Shown here piece by piece: positions 14,673 to 26,829 of a DNA stretch of 64,000 nucleotides (the first letter of the stretch is position 1; each line of letters opens with the position of its first letter). The notes beneath the pieces are model-generated. The model worked only from the letters and a program-made list of their open reading frames with translations. It had not been told where the DNA came from and made no database searches. Origin of the DNA: Lama guanicoe (lineage: Eukaryota); assembly GCA_013239625.1 (NCBI GenBank), contig MU056925.1, forward strand, positions 2,612,804 through 2,676,803. Reading direction: 5' to 3'. The translations under genes were made by a program, and so were the position numbers.

Positions 14673-15084
14673 TTTCTTTCTGACGGCCAGCTGTGGAGTA
14701 TCCTTTCGGGCCCGTCCCCCACGTGTGGCTGACAAAAACAGTTTCTTCCCTTTTATCTAATCCCTTTGTACAAGCTCCTCAGTCAGGAACTGGGCTGTGT
14801 TGCATGATGCCCACCAGACAGAGGGGCTCACGTTTAATACTTAAGTCCGTTTTGTTTTCAAGAGTGAAGGCATACAGAGTTGTATCCACTGTGTGCTGTT
14901 CAGAGGGACGCTCTCCCAGATGCTCCCGCCCCAACTTGAAAATTGCCTAAAATGATGATCACATGGGATTGGTTAAAAATGCTAGCATCCCGTAGTCCTG
15001 GTGCTAAAAATTGAAGAAAACACACGAAGATGGCTACTGGACAGCACAGATATTGAGTGATGTCCTCTGGAGTGAGAAGAAACT

Positions 15085-15500
15085 TTAAGACGGACAATGA
15101 AGCCGGCCACCCCAGAAAGTGCCATTACGAAGTTATTGTAACTTACAGGCAGGACCAAGCGGACACCAACCAGAGGCCTTTGCAGTGGAACTCCATGCAG
15201 CTGAAAGGTGTCCAGGGGATAAAAAGGGGCCAAAGCTAAAAGCAGAATCTGACTACCAAGGGAGAAGCCTGTCCGCACTGACAGGAACCGGGGTTTTTCC
15301 TCCCCCTGGGGTCTAATGACCATTACCCGTGTGTGTCAGCCAAAGCCGTTCTTTTAGTTTTCATATAAGATGAAGGGTCAGCATGGACAGGGTGTGGTGC
15401 GTTCCTTGTGAGTAGGCTCAGTCATGCAGAAATGGGAGGGGTTCAGCCTGCAGGCCTAAGACAGAGCTGACAAAATGGAGTCAGTGTGGTTCAGCCCCAC
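15085..15500 (-). mobile_element. Probable ERV LTR remnant
   Basis: Ends in caaaatggagtca (tgactccattttg on minus), typical near the 5' end of ERV1 LTRs; boundaries uncertain. Confidence 0.35.
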
Positions 15501-15992
15501 CCTGGGTCATTCACAAAGGAGGACGCTTGCCTTTGGACTTTGTTAAAATGACGTTTTGAGGTTGAAGTGGTGGCATATTCCTCATGGGCTCTGTTCTGTG
15601 TTCTGGGGTCCAGAGTTGGGCCCAGGCCATGGAGTTGTCTGGCAACCAGGCAGCCCAGCTTTTCTTCAGCCTCTGACGGTCACAGCCATTGTCCGGATAG
15701 TGCCTTGCTCCATCCAAGCTGGAGGCACTGACCCACAGTGATCCCTGCTTTCAGATGGTGGAGCAGGGTAGATGCATGACATCCAGAAGAGGGCAGGGGC
15801 TGAGCTGGAGGCCAGAGGGGGCAGGATGTGCAGACAGAGTGGAGCTGGCATGAGGAGGCATGATGGGTGGGTGAGACAGATGATTATAAACTGGCTCAGG
15901 CCAGGGTAGGGGTGCAGCTGGTGAGGATGCGCAGGGGCCTGGAGTGAGTTTGCGCAGTGGAAATATCAGGCAGCAAGAAATGTCCTTTCCAG

Positions 15993-16090
15993 GAGGGAAG
16001 GGAAATAGCTCAGTGGTAGAGCACATGCTTAGCATGCACGAGGTCCTGGGTTCAATCCCCAGTACCTCCATTAAAAAAGAAAAAAAGAAA
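15993..16090 (+). mobile_element. tRNA-derived SINE (camelid vic-1 type)
   Basis: A box tagctcagtgg, B box ggttcaatcc, body agcacatgcttagcatgcacgaggtcctg, poly-A tail. Confidence 0.88.
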
Positions 16091-17388
16091 TGGGGCCCAC
16101 ATGGGTACAGGAAGACTACAGGGGGTGAGACCTGGTATGCGGACCCTTTATATCTTTGGGGCATGGGCCCCAAATCTCCAAACAAGGGGGTCCAGCCACT
16201 GGTCCACCCACTGGTCCACCCCTCGTGCCAATCCTTCCACACACTTGAGGAAGCTATTAATAGCAATCTTACATCAGCTCCAGAGAAGAGAAAACCTGTG
16301 TTTGGAAGCCAGAATAGCCTTGTTTCAAAATCCGAAAGTAAATTTTGAGAAAGGAAACATTGCAGTTTAGTATCTTTCACAAACATAGGGGCAAAGACCT
16401 TAAACAAGGTGTTAGCCAAATGAATCACTGTCTAAGGCAGACGATTGTGGGCATGCTGGCTTCATCAGGTGGAAAACCTCAGGCACCAGTTGCTGGGCAC
16501 AGAGCAGGGCTGGTGAGTCTACAACAGAGTAGGATCCGGCAACTGAAGACACAAAGAAGATTTCACACATTGTAGACCTCAGGGCTGAGGAAGGGGAGCG
16601 AGGCACCATGTTTTATTCAGGGGAAAGCGAGGCTCAGATGAAACGCTAATTCTGCAGGGGGTGAGGAGGAGACAGATCCATGAGGGACACACTTTTCTTC
16701 TAGTCTGGTTTTCATCTGCGGTGAGATCTGCTGACAGATGCCCCTCAAAAGGGTTATTTGTGGTGGAGACGTCAGCCCTGAGGACCTCATGCAGAGCGGA
16801 GCCTGCCTGGGGCAAAGACTCTACAACCGCTCCCCCCAAGGCTGCCCTCCAGAGGGAGAGGCCAGTCAGCAGTGTCCATTGCCGATGGGTGACTGCGTTG
16901 TAATCCCTTCTGTCCGGATGCGGGGTTCTAGAACCTGCTTGAGTTCTTTCTGCTCTGTGTGTGTGTGTGCTCTCAAGAGGAAGGGGAAGCAGGTTTGGGG
17001 TTTGGTCAGGAACGGGGAAACTACCAACTCTGTGTGATCAGAACCCTGAATGGTAGCGCCCACCAAGTTTTACAATGTAAATAATCCCACTCTGACCGAT
17101 TTGAAGATATTAATGTGATGTGTACCTCCTGCTTCTCAGAAAAGACAACTCCCCTGCCCCCCAGAGCCCACTGTTGCCCACAATCAATGACCCCCTCTTC
17201 AGTGTAGTTGTGGCTTCCACTATCTCTGTGCTTTTTTTCACTAAAGTGTTACTGTCTGCTATACATGTGGCATTATGCAGGATGCACGATGCCCCGTTAT
17301 CGGAGAAGGAAGTGCTAAGGATTGTATTATTTGATTTCCAAAAGTGGGTTTCACCCCTGGGATATAAATTGGGATCTGGAAAAATCTT

Positions 17389-17555
17389 TTTAAAAAACAC
17401 TTAATTTACTTATTTACTATTGTATCATTTTATTTTATTTTATTTTATCTTGGTGGGGGAGAGGTGATTATGTTTATTTATTTTTAGAGGAGGTACTAGG
17501 GATTGAACCCAGGACCTCATGCAGGACCACTTGAGCTATACCCTCCCCTCCCCCA
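17389..17555 (-). mobile_element. tRNA-derived SINE (vic-1 type) with internal deletion and perfect 17-bp TSD
   Basis: GGATCTGGAAAAATCTT repeated at 17372-17388 and 17556-17572; A and B boxes on minus. Confidence 0.9.
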
Positions 17556-18910
17556 GGATCTGGAAAAATCTTATGCTATGGATAACATTTGTCTCTCACT
17601 CCTCATGTTTCCAGAAAGGGATTTTCACACAAGAAGTAGAGAATGGCTTCCCAGCCCGAGTCTCCTGCTCACCTGGACTGACGGTATTTGTGAGTTTGGA
17701 GAAAGCACTGGGTATGCTGAGCAGACCTACCCAGTCTCCCAGGGCAGCCTGTCCTCAGGTCTTTCTTTCCCTCACAGAAGACACCTGTCATTTTCTATGT
17801 CACCTGTGACTGGCAGGTGCTAAGTATTGGGCAACCACATGGCCCCAGGTCTAGTTAATTCCTCCCATTCAGAGTCACCCATAATACAGCTGACATTTTC
17901 ATGGCTATGTGCCTGACTCCTGTGCGTGTCCCTCACTGGACTGCACACTTAGGATGGGAGGAGAGGGGGGTTAACTGCCTTTCACAAACCCCCAAACCAA
18001 GCTGTTATGTTCACTTACTGCATAAGTGAGTGTACGTGGCAGTGGCAGTGCCTCTGCTCTATTCACTTCATCCCAGCACCTCCTGATAATGGTGCCAGAA
18101 CTTTAATTCTGTGCCTCTGGATCTGCAGGAGGCAAAAGCTAGCTACCCTTCCCCCAAACCCACCAACCAGCTTGGAACAAATTTTCCTCCCTCCACTTGA
18201 AAGCCCACAACACGGAATTTATTTTTTGGAAAGGAGCTTAAACCCCAAGGATAAAGGGGACATAAAAAGAGCTGAAAGCAGAGGCGGGCGGTCCATACCC
18301 TGCTGCTAAAGAAGAGACACATGCCGATGGGCGTTGCCTGAGCCGAGCAAACCTATGGGAGCCTAATTCCTTGCAGAAGTAAAGATCAGAGGAGAGACTC
18401 GGGGACCTGGTGTGGGAATGGGGAGTGAGGCTGCAAGTAGGGGGGCTGGGGAAACGTCCGAGTGGAGAGCAGTGAGACGTCCAGACCCACCTCAGACACT
18501 GCAAGGACACTCAAGGAAGATAAAGCATTTGGACCCGAGTAAAGACGGACTTTCACGTGAAGGCCACACGCCCAACAGTGAGACCACGGCCGCCCCTTCC
18601 ACGGCTCGGCTCCAGAGCTGAGCGCACCCTCGCCCGTCAGCCCAGGTAGGAGAGTGGAGGAACCTCGGTGGAAAAATGGGCCTGAAAGACTAAGCTCGCC
18701 GCTGCCCTGGGACCACCGCTGTCCCGGGGGAACGGTGTGGCAGCCCTGCCCTCTGGTGGCAGCACTCGGAACTGCACCACCAACCCGGGTTCACTCGCTA
18801 CTGCACCGGGCCACCTGCTGTCAGGACCCCGAGAGACCCCCAGTCATAAGCGCCCTGTGGGCTAACAATCTAATGAGTAAACAGTCATAACTTTGATTAA
18901 ACAATTACTG

Positions 18911-19480
18911 GAGGGAGAGGGTAAAGGTCAGTTGTAGTGTTACCAAGTCCAAACTCGTTCTGCTCTCTGCAGGACAGGCCTAACTTGGGAGACAAGGTGT
19001 TGGGGCAAGGAACAGCAACATTATTCTGGAAGCCGGCAGACCGAGAGGATGGCAGAATAATGTCTTGGAGAACCATCCCCCCCGCCTCCAGTCACAATAC
19101 AGGCTCCTTTTATACTAACAAAACACGGGAGGGGGTGTGGTTGGTTGTTGCAAACTTCTTGGTGTAGGAACTCCTTGTTCTCGCAGCCGTCCACATGGGC
19201 CAGCTCATGGTGCTCCTGCAAAACCTTCAACACAACAAATGTTATTCTCTATTCTGCAACTTGTTATCTTTACGTGAGGGCAGAGCTAGTAAGACTAAGC
19301 CTAGAAAACAGGGCACAGGGTTAAAACCAAAGGAACAGATCTAATATGGAGTCAGATTTGTTCTTTTCTATTACAGTAGAAAGCATGCATAGCAGGCACG
19401 AGGTCCTGGGTTCAATCCCCAGTACCCCTGTTAAAATAAATCAATGAATAAACCTCATCCCCCCCCAATAAATTAAATAA
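18911..19480 (+). mobile_element. tRNA-derived SINE (vic-1 type) split by a solo LTR (halves 18911-18937 and 19376-19480)
   Basis: Head gagggagagggtaaaggtcagttgtag resumes as gtagaaagcatgcatagcaggcacgaggtcctgggttcaatccccagtacc. Confidence 0.85.
18938..19375 (-). mobile_element. ERV1-class solo LTR (438 bp) with 4-bp TSD GTAG
   Basis: TGTTA...TTACA termini; GTAG at 18934-18937 and 19376-19379; TATA-like GTATAAAAGG on minus near 19110. Confidence 0.88.
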
Positions 19481-20567
19481 AAATGATTACTGCTGTGAAG
19501 GGAGTGAGGATCTGAGGGAGACGAAAAGGGAGGAACTATCTGAAGATCAGGAAACTGGATGAGGTTTGAAGGATGGCCTCTGGGTCCCTGGGGCTACCCT
19601 GGGCTGTGGAGCAGCAGTTTTAGCCAGGCTGCCCATTCTGGTCCCCTCCTGCCCCCCATCCCAGGCTCTGAGCACTGGGCTGTGGGCCCCACCTGTGGTG
19701 CTGGGGCCTCTGGGCTGCCTCTGCCCAGGGCCTGGGTTTTTCTTTCCTCAGAAGGGGTTCGGGTCGGGGTCCCCGGTTCTTAGCACTGGGGTTCTGACTT
19801 CTGGGCTGGGGTTCCCTCACACTAAGCCCTGGGGGACAGATGTGGCTGGAAGGTGGAGGCTGGGAGACTGATGGCGGGGATGCTGGGAACAGCTAGCATG
19901 TCTGTGTGGCAGGAACCTGGGTGGGGGTTGCTCACTGTGGCACCAGTTCATCCTGACAACACCCTCCCGTTGACATCCAGGCTTGTGCCTGCAAAATTCT
20001 GGGGGCAGGGAAGGGGGACCCCCAAGGGTTCTTCCTCCTCAGGACCTGCCCCCAGGATTACCCACCCTCCTAGTTGGTTCCCTCAAAATGTCCTCCTGCC
20101 CAGTGTCCTTGGAACCAAGGAATGAGGCTGAGTTTGGTTCAGAAGCAAAGGAAAATTTTCTTTGATTGAAGAATGGAAAGGTGTGAGCTGGGGTTCTGGA
20201 GTACACACCGTCCCCAAAGGGAGGAAGGGCAAACTCAGGGGCTGCTTTACAGGGTTCGTGAGGAGGCTGAGAGGTGGGAGAGGGCGGGCAAGTGGAAGCG
20301 GTCGGTGATGGTCGTAGCTGCAGCTGCTTGGGGCTCCAGATCACAGTGCTGGGCCCAGGGCTTCTGCACGTGGCCCACGGGGGGGAAGTGTCCAGCACTG
20401 AGGACTCTGGTCTGCAGTGCCAGGTGCCAAGCCTCTGCCCACAGCACCCTATGAGCAAGTGAAACTAGACTTAGTACAAAGGGGAAAAAAAGGTTGGGCT
20501 TTATTTTATTACCCAGATTCTACTTTGATATCCCAGGAATTGTTAATGAGCTTCTGCTGGTGACACT

Positions 20568-21038
20568 TGTGATACCGACTGGGTCCTTGGTCCTTTAATC
20601 AATAGACATTGATAAGCCAGGGGAGAAATTCAGACAAGGTGTTACTGCGACTCATGCTGTAGCACGGAGAGTGAGAACAAGTAACAGGTGTCCTGGCTCG
20701 CCGTCTTGCTGAGGGCTGGTGAGCTGGTTGCTTCAATGGGGTGAGAGTGGGGGCAGGTTAGTGGGTGGGGCCAGAGAGGGCTTGGGTGGTCTGCCCGCCT
20801 CCTTGGTGGTGCCGGGTGCGGGGATCATGGGCAATACCCTGCTTTTGCTCCAAGCACCTCAGAAGTGGCATTTGATTTTTGGTCTTTTTGTATCTTATTG
20901 TTCATAATTTGCCCCAGCTTCACATGTGTGCAGTTATTTTTAGTCCCTTAGAGTTTCTTTGTATCCTGTTGCCGGAGGAGAGTGTGTCCAGGTGCAAGCA
21001 CTGCAGCAAAGGCTCCCAGGTCCCAGCCTATCTGGACA
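20568..21038 (-). mobile_element. ERV LTR
   Basis: TG...CA-bounded segment of about 470 bp with LTR-like composition; ends approximate. Confidence 0.6.
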
Positions 21039-21049
21039 AAACAGGAGCT

Positions 21050-21665
21050 GAGTTAAGGGTCTTGGGAAAGTGGCTGGCCAGATGCACAGCAAGCCAAACC
21101 CCCAGGTGTGCGGCTCTCAGCAAAGAAACGGTTTATTCCTGAGGCCGCCAAGCAAGAACAGGAAAACAAATCTCAAACCCAGCCCCCTGAGGGGGGGGCT
21201 CGGGATATGAGGAGACAAAGCTGCGGCTGCGGCGGGGCGTGTGGGGAACGGTGACTGGAGGTAAGAGAAAGGTGAGGTCGTCGCAGCTCTGCGGGGCACG
21301 GCTAAGCCGCAGGCTTCCTCACAGGAGGAGGACGCGGCTCCGGCACGTTCTGAGGGTGGAGCCTTCGGCCCTCTGACGTCTGAAGGCCGCCCCTGCGACC
21401 CTGGCGCACGCCCGCTTGGAGGGTCCGTGGTCTCCAGCAGTGTTAACCGGCTCAAGCTCCAGATAGACACAGCTGACGTCAAGTTCCTGAAAAACAACTC
21501 GGGCGAACATCTTACTGCTTAGGCTCCGTGCTGCTTGGAGGACATGTAAGCCTTTTGTAGCAGCAGTTAAGGGAGTCAGGGTGCAGTTCAGTGTGTATGA
21601 GGCACACTGTGTATTAAGCACTTTATAGTTGAATGGACCCAACTGACAACTACCCTCAGTCTGCA
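21050..21665 (-). mobile_element. ERV1 LTR (MER21/MER34/MER39-like), unusually CpG-rich
   Basis: Minus-strand AATAAA (gtttattc near 21131) followed by aacaaatctcaaaccc and aagttcctgaaaaacaactc, typical of this LTR group as recalled. Confidence 0.55.
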
Positions 21666-22314
21666 AAGGAGTGGACGCTCTTCTCACTGATGCCATGGCC
21701 CAGCTCCACGACAGAGAGATGGAGGTGGGCGTTTCAGACTTGGGACCTGTGTCAAGGAGACCCCTGTATCACCCCCAGGTCAGTTTGCCCTGGAGAGAAT
21801 CCCAGAGCCCCTGGAAGGGGTGGACTGGGCTAGGGGCTGAGGACTCTGAGAAGCGTGGGGAAGAATTGGGAGCCCAACGAGGCCCATCCAGCTGGAGAAC
21901 ATTCACAGTTTAAGAGTAAAGGAGACTGACCCCATCCAGCCCTGACTCTAGAGAAGCAGGACAAAGTCCAGTGTTCGGGAGGGGGTGTGAAATGGGGGAC
22001 AGGGTGCAGGTACAGACATCTGGCTGCCACGCTCCCCCAGGACAGTCTCTGCTGAGATGTGACTGCTCCACCCTCAAATTCAGGGTCTCCATTTCCCCAT
22101 CTGTAAAATGGGAACAGGAGTAGCACCTCCCACAAGAGAGGGTTGCTATCTTCTTGGGGTGGTATGTGATTGGGAGTGTGGAGCCTGGGTTTGTGAAGAA
22201 GAGGTGAGCTAACCAACTTTTATAGATATTATCACAAGGCCAAACTACTGGCCAAAGGTGCTCTGCATTTTGGTTCTTGCAGGCTTGTAAACCCTCCATC
22301 CACACAGCCTAACA

Positions 22315-23475
22315 TCTTTTGACTGGGTTATTTTTGTTTGTTTTTTGTTGTTAGAGTTGTGTGAGCTGTTTGCATATTCTGGACATTAAGCCCTTGACAG
22401 TCACATTGTTTGCAAATATTTTCTACCCTTCCATAGGTTGTCTTTTCCTTTTGTTTATGGTTTCCTTTGCTGCGCAAAAGTTTGTAAGTTTAATTAGATC
22501 CCATTCTGTGAGGGAGTGTTCTAATTTCGTTGATTTACATGCAGCTCTCCAGTTTTCTCAACATCACTTGCTGAAGAGACTTTTTCTCTGTTGTATCTTC
22601 TTGCCTCCTTTGTAGAAGATTAATTGACCGTAGGTGCGTGGGTTTATTTCTGGGCTTTCTGTTCTTGTCTGTTGATCTGTATGTCTGATTTTTATGTCAA
22701 TACCATGCTGTTATGATTACTGCAGCTTTGTAGTATTGTCTGAAGTCTGGCAGGGTTATGCTTCCAGCTTTGTCCTTTTCCTTCAGGATTGCTTTGGCAA
22801 TTCTGGGTCTTTTGTGGCTCCATATAACTTTTATGATGATTTGTTCTAGTTCTGTGAAAAGTGTCATGGGTATTTTGATAGAGATTGCATTAAATCTGTA
22901 GACAGCTTTGGGTAGTATGGCCATTTTAGTAATATTAATTCTTCCAATCCAAGAGCATGGGGTATCTTTCCACTTATTTAAATTATCTTTAACTTCCTTT
23001 ATCAGTGCTTTATAGTTCTCAGGGTATGGGTCTTTCACCTTCTTGGTTAGGTTTATTCCTAGGTATTTTGTCTTATTTCTTGATGCAATTTTAAATGGGA
23101 TTGTTTTTTCACTTTCTCTTTCTGATATGACGTTGAGAGATATATATGTGAGATACATATACAGAAATGCAACCGATTTCTGTATATTAATCTTGTATCT
23201 TGTTACCTTGCTGAGTTAATTTATTCTGATAGTTTTTGCGTGAAGTCTTTAGGATTTTCTATGTGAAGTATCATGTCATGTGCATATGACAGTTTTACCT
23301 CTTCCCTCCCAGTGTGGATCCCTTTTATTTCTTTTACTTGTCTGATTGCTGTGGCTTGGACTCCCAATGCTATGTGGAATAGAAGCGGTGAGAGAGGACA
23401 CTGCTGTCTTGTTCCAGAATTCAGCAGGAAGGCTTTCAGCTTTTCACCATCGAGTATCATATTGGCTGTGGGTTT
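22315..23475 (-). mobile_element. Relatively young L1 ORF2 fragment
   Basis: Minus-strand ORFs give L1 ORF2 peptides ([46 protein letters not shown]). Confidence 0.92.
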
Positions 23476-23589
23476 GACCTTAGACTTGAAATGCCTTCTG
23501 TCTTCACAAGCTTTGTACATTTGTCAAACTAAGCCTTTTTCTGCTCTACAGATATTTTTGCCAACATCAGTAGCAATACATCGTTAAAA

Positions 23590-24560
23590 GATTTGCTCCA
23601 GGTAATAAATTTTTTTCAGCTATTTTACATCCAGAAGTTTTAAAATGTTTGTCACCTTTTTGAAAGATATTTTCACTGGGTGTAGTTTTTTTTTTTTTAG
23701 TACTTTAAGAAGTTGCTGCATTGCCTTCAGTCTTGCATTGTTTATGACAAGAGTTTGGCTGTCACTTCTTATTTATTATTCTGTATATAGGATGTCTTTT
23801 TTATTTAGATTTTTTGTCACCTATTTAAAGCTTCTTCATTGTTTTCTTCATATTTCTTGTGCTTATGGTTTGCTGAGCTTCTTAGATCTGTGAATTAGTT
23901 TTTATTACGTTTTGAAATTTGGGGACCATTATTTCTTCAGATATTTTTCTGCTTCCTCCTCTCCTTTTCAGATTCCAATTACACATGTGCTAACTTGCTT
24001 GAATTTGTCCCACATCTTGCTGGTTCTTTTTTGTTTTTGTTTGCTTGTTTTGGAGGGAGGAGGTAATTAGATTTGTTTGTTTATGTTTAGAGGAGGTACT
24101 GGGGACTGAACCCAGGACCGTGTGCATGCTAAGCGTGCGCTCTGCCACTTGAGCTATAGCCCCCCCTCCTCGGTACATTTTTATTTAGTTCTTTTTTTCT
24201 CTCTGTATTTCATTTTGGATAGTTTCAGTTGCAATATTTTCGAGTTCAGTAATCTTGTCTGCATTGTCTGATCTACTGTTAACCCCATCTAGTGTATTTT
24301 TCATTAAGACATGGTTGTTTTCTCCTCTAGAAATTTGATTTTTCACCTCTTATACATATGCTACGTTTCTCCTTAACGTGTCCAGGCTTTCTTTTAGCTT
24401 CGTGAACATATGGAATGCAGTCGTGACAACTGTCGTGATGTTCTTGTCTACTAAACCTGTCATCTGGGTTGGTTCTGGGTTGGTTCTGATTGTTTTTTCA
24501 CCTCATTATGCATCATATTCTCCTGCTTTTTTGCATACCAGGTAATTTTTTATTGCAGAT
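23590..24560 (-). mobile_element. Old L1 fragment (ORF1 region)
   Basis: T-rich degenerate antisense L1 text (gaaagatattttcactggg, ccattatttcttcagatattttt). Confidence 0.55.
24025..24172 (-). mobile_element. tRNA-derived SINE (vic-1 type)
   Basis: gaggtactggggactgaacccaggacc...gcatgctaagc...cttgagctatagcccc with T-rich tail. Confidence 0.88.
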
Positions 24561-24929
24561 TAGGCATTACAGAAAGATAGCTTGTCCTTATTCTCCATAA
24601 CTAAACTCTCAAGGTTTTCTGGTGAAGCTACAAACCACTGAAACTGTTTTCTTTGATACCACTTAACAATCTACCTAAACACAGATTGTTCTGACCTCCT
24701 TGCTAGTTTATGGCTAGTCAGTGTACCTGAAAAAAATGTGCGAACAAAATTCATTGTTTCTAGACTGTCTGCAGCATTTATTCTTTCCTTTCCTCTTTCT
24801 TTTATTTAAATCCTGGTAGGTTTTATTTCATTATTTAGAAGTTAGTCCATGACTGATCTCCCTTGCATACAAGTAAACAGTATGCTGATACTTAACTGTA
24901 TGTCTTTAAGTTTTTCTTTGACATCAGAC

Positions 24930-26020
24930 ACAAAAGAATATGACCTGTAGAGTTCAAAGACAAGCAAAACTAATATAAGATGCTAAAAACCAGAATATTA
25001 TTTGCCTTTAGGGAAACAGTAGGAAGGGGGGATGACGAGGATTTCAGGAATTCTGGTAATGTTCTGTTTTATCACTTGGTGAAAATTTGTCCAGCTCTAC
25101 TATTATTGTGTGCACTTTTCTATAGTCCTATTATGTATCACTTATAATGTATATTTTTAAATGATGGCTGAAATCTGGTAAAAATAAGATAAAATTGGAT
25201 TCGTATCCCTCATTTTACGGGATAAATTGCATATAGATTAAACATTGAACTATTTGTTTTAAGTATACCATAAATGTTTAAGAGGAAAACATAGGCAAAC
25301 AGTTTTTCGTTTTTGAGTATAAAATAGTCTTTCAGGTATAACACACAGCCCAGAAGCAATAAAGGAAAATATTAATAAATCTCACTATGTCAAAATGAAA
25401 TAATTCTCAATAGGAAAACCCACCATAAACAGCATTAGAAGACAAATAGCAAACCAGGAAAAAGATTCACAATTTCTATACAAAGTTTAATTCCTTTGAT
25501 ATGTACGTTGAAAACCATTTATAATCAATAAGACAAAGAGCCAAAGGCTTTTCCCATTTAGAAAAAAAAAAGAATGTGAATAATCAGAGCAAAAAATACA
25601 AGTGTCTTTTTAAAATATGAAAAGGTCAACCACTCATAGAGAGGAACAAAATTAAAGTTATACCAAGACACTGCATTTCTATCAAACTATCTATGACAAA
25701 ACAGTCTGATAGCACTGTGAAGGTATGCTCTCGTATATTCCAGATATATATCCACAGCATGCTACAATAGCTATGGAGAAGACAGTGGCTATTACTAAGA
25801 AAATAACTAGGAAAATTAAAATGAACAGATCCTTTGACCTATTAACTCCCTGTGCGCCAAATACTGTATGGATGAGGGTATTTACTGCAATATCATTTGT
25901 AATAGCCCGAGATCAGAACTAATCTAAATGTCCTTCAACAGGAACTTGTTAAATCAAGGATGGCAAGAACATAGAATGGCACGTGATACAACGTGATAAA
26001 AGACAAGGACGCTCTTGGTC
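24930..26020 (+). mobile_element. Old L1ME-like 3' fragments
   Basis: A-rich degenerate L1 ORF2-end and 3' UTR text. Confidence 0.5.
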
Positions 26021-26742
26021 ATGCTGAGGTGTGCGGGATGGTCGGAGACTGCACGGTGGAGTAGTTAAAAGCACAGACACACACCTAAGTGCACATCCTC
26101 CTTCCCTGCTCTGTCACTTGGCAAGCACGGGAAAGCGACTCCACATCTTTAGGCTTTAATAGTGATAGTAATCCTCACATCTTTATTGTGAGGATTGAAT
26201 GGATCGGTATTTTTGTATCACTGTAGAGCAGTGTCTGGTGGCTACTTTACTAAAGTGTGTGTTAAATAAACTAAAAATATACCAATATAGAATGACTTCC
26301 AAGATGTACTGCTAAATGAAAAAAGGACATATAACAGTCTGGGGAGAGTGCTAATGTTTCATCAGTTAAGAATAGCCAATGTCACGTACATGTGTATGTA
26401 CCTAGAACATCTCTGTAAGGAGAAATATGAACCTGATACAAATCTATTGCATCTGGAAGAGTTTGGAATCAGGGTTCCTGGAGTAGACTATACTTTTATA
26501 CCCTCTGAAATTTGAACCAGGTATTTTGTATTTTAAAAAAGAAAAAAATTAACACTTAAAGTAGACAGTTTAGAAGAATATGTAGCAACATGGAAAATGT
26601 GTACAATTCAATATTAAATGGGAACAGCAGGATATGAAACCATATATTCTGCAATGCTATGATTTTCTCTGCAAAGGGGCAATGAGAACACAAGAAATCT
26701 GTGTTGTTGGGTTTGTTGCCCAGCACTTAAGATGCTGAACAT

Positions 26743-26829
26743 GTGATGATGATGGTGGTGGTGACTGTGGTGGTGGTGGTGGTGGTGGTGACTGTGGTGG
26801 TGGTGGTGGTGGTGGTGGTGATGAGGATG
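26743..26829 (+). repeat. Interrupted (GTG)n/(GAT)n trinucleotide microsatellite
   Basis: gatgatgat, then gtg runs interrupted twice by act. Confidence 0.95.

Noticed and set aside
15993-16070. tRNA-Ala-like sequences here and at six other sites
   Set aside because: Poly-A tails, TSDs and broken acceptor stems identify them as SINEs, not tRNA genes.
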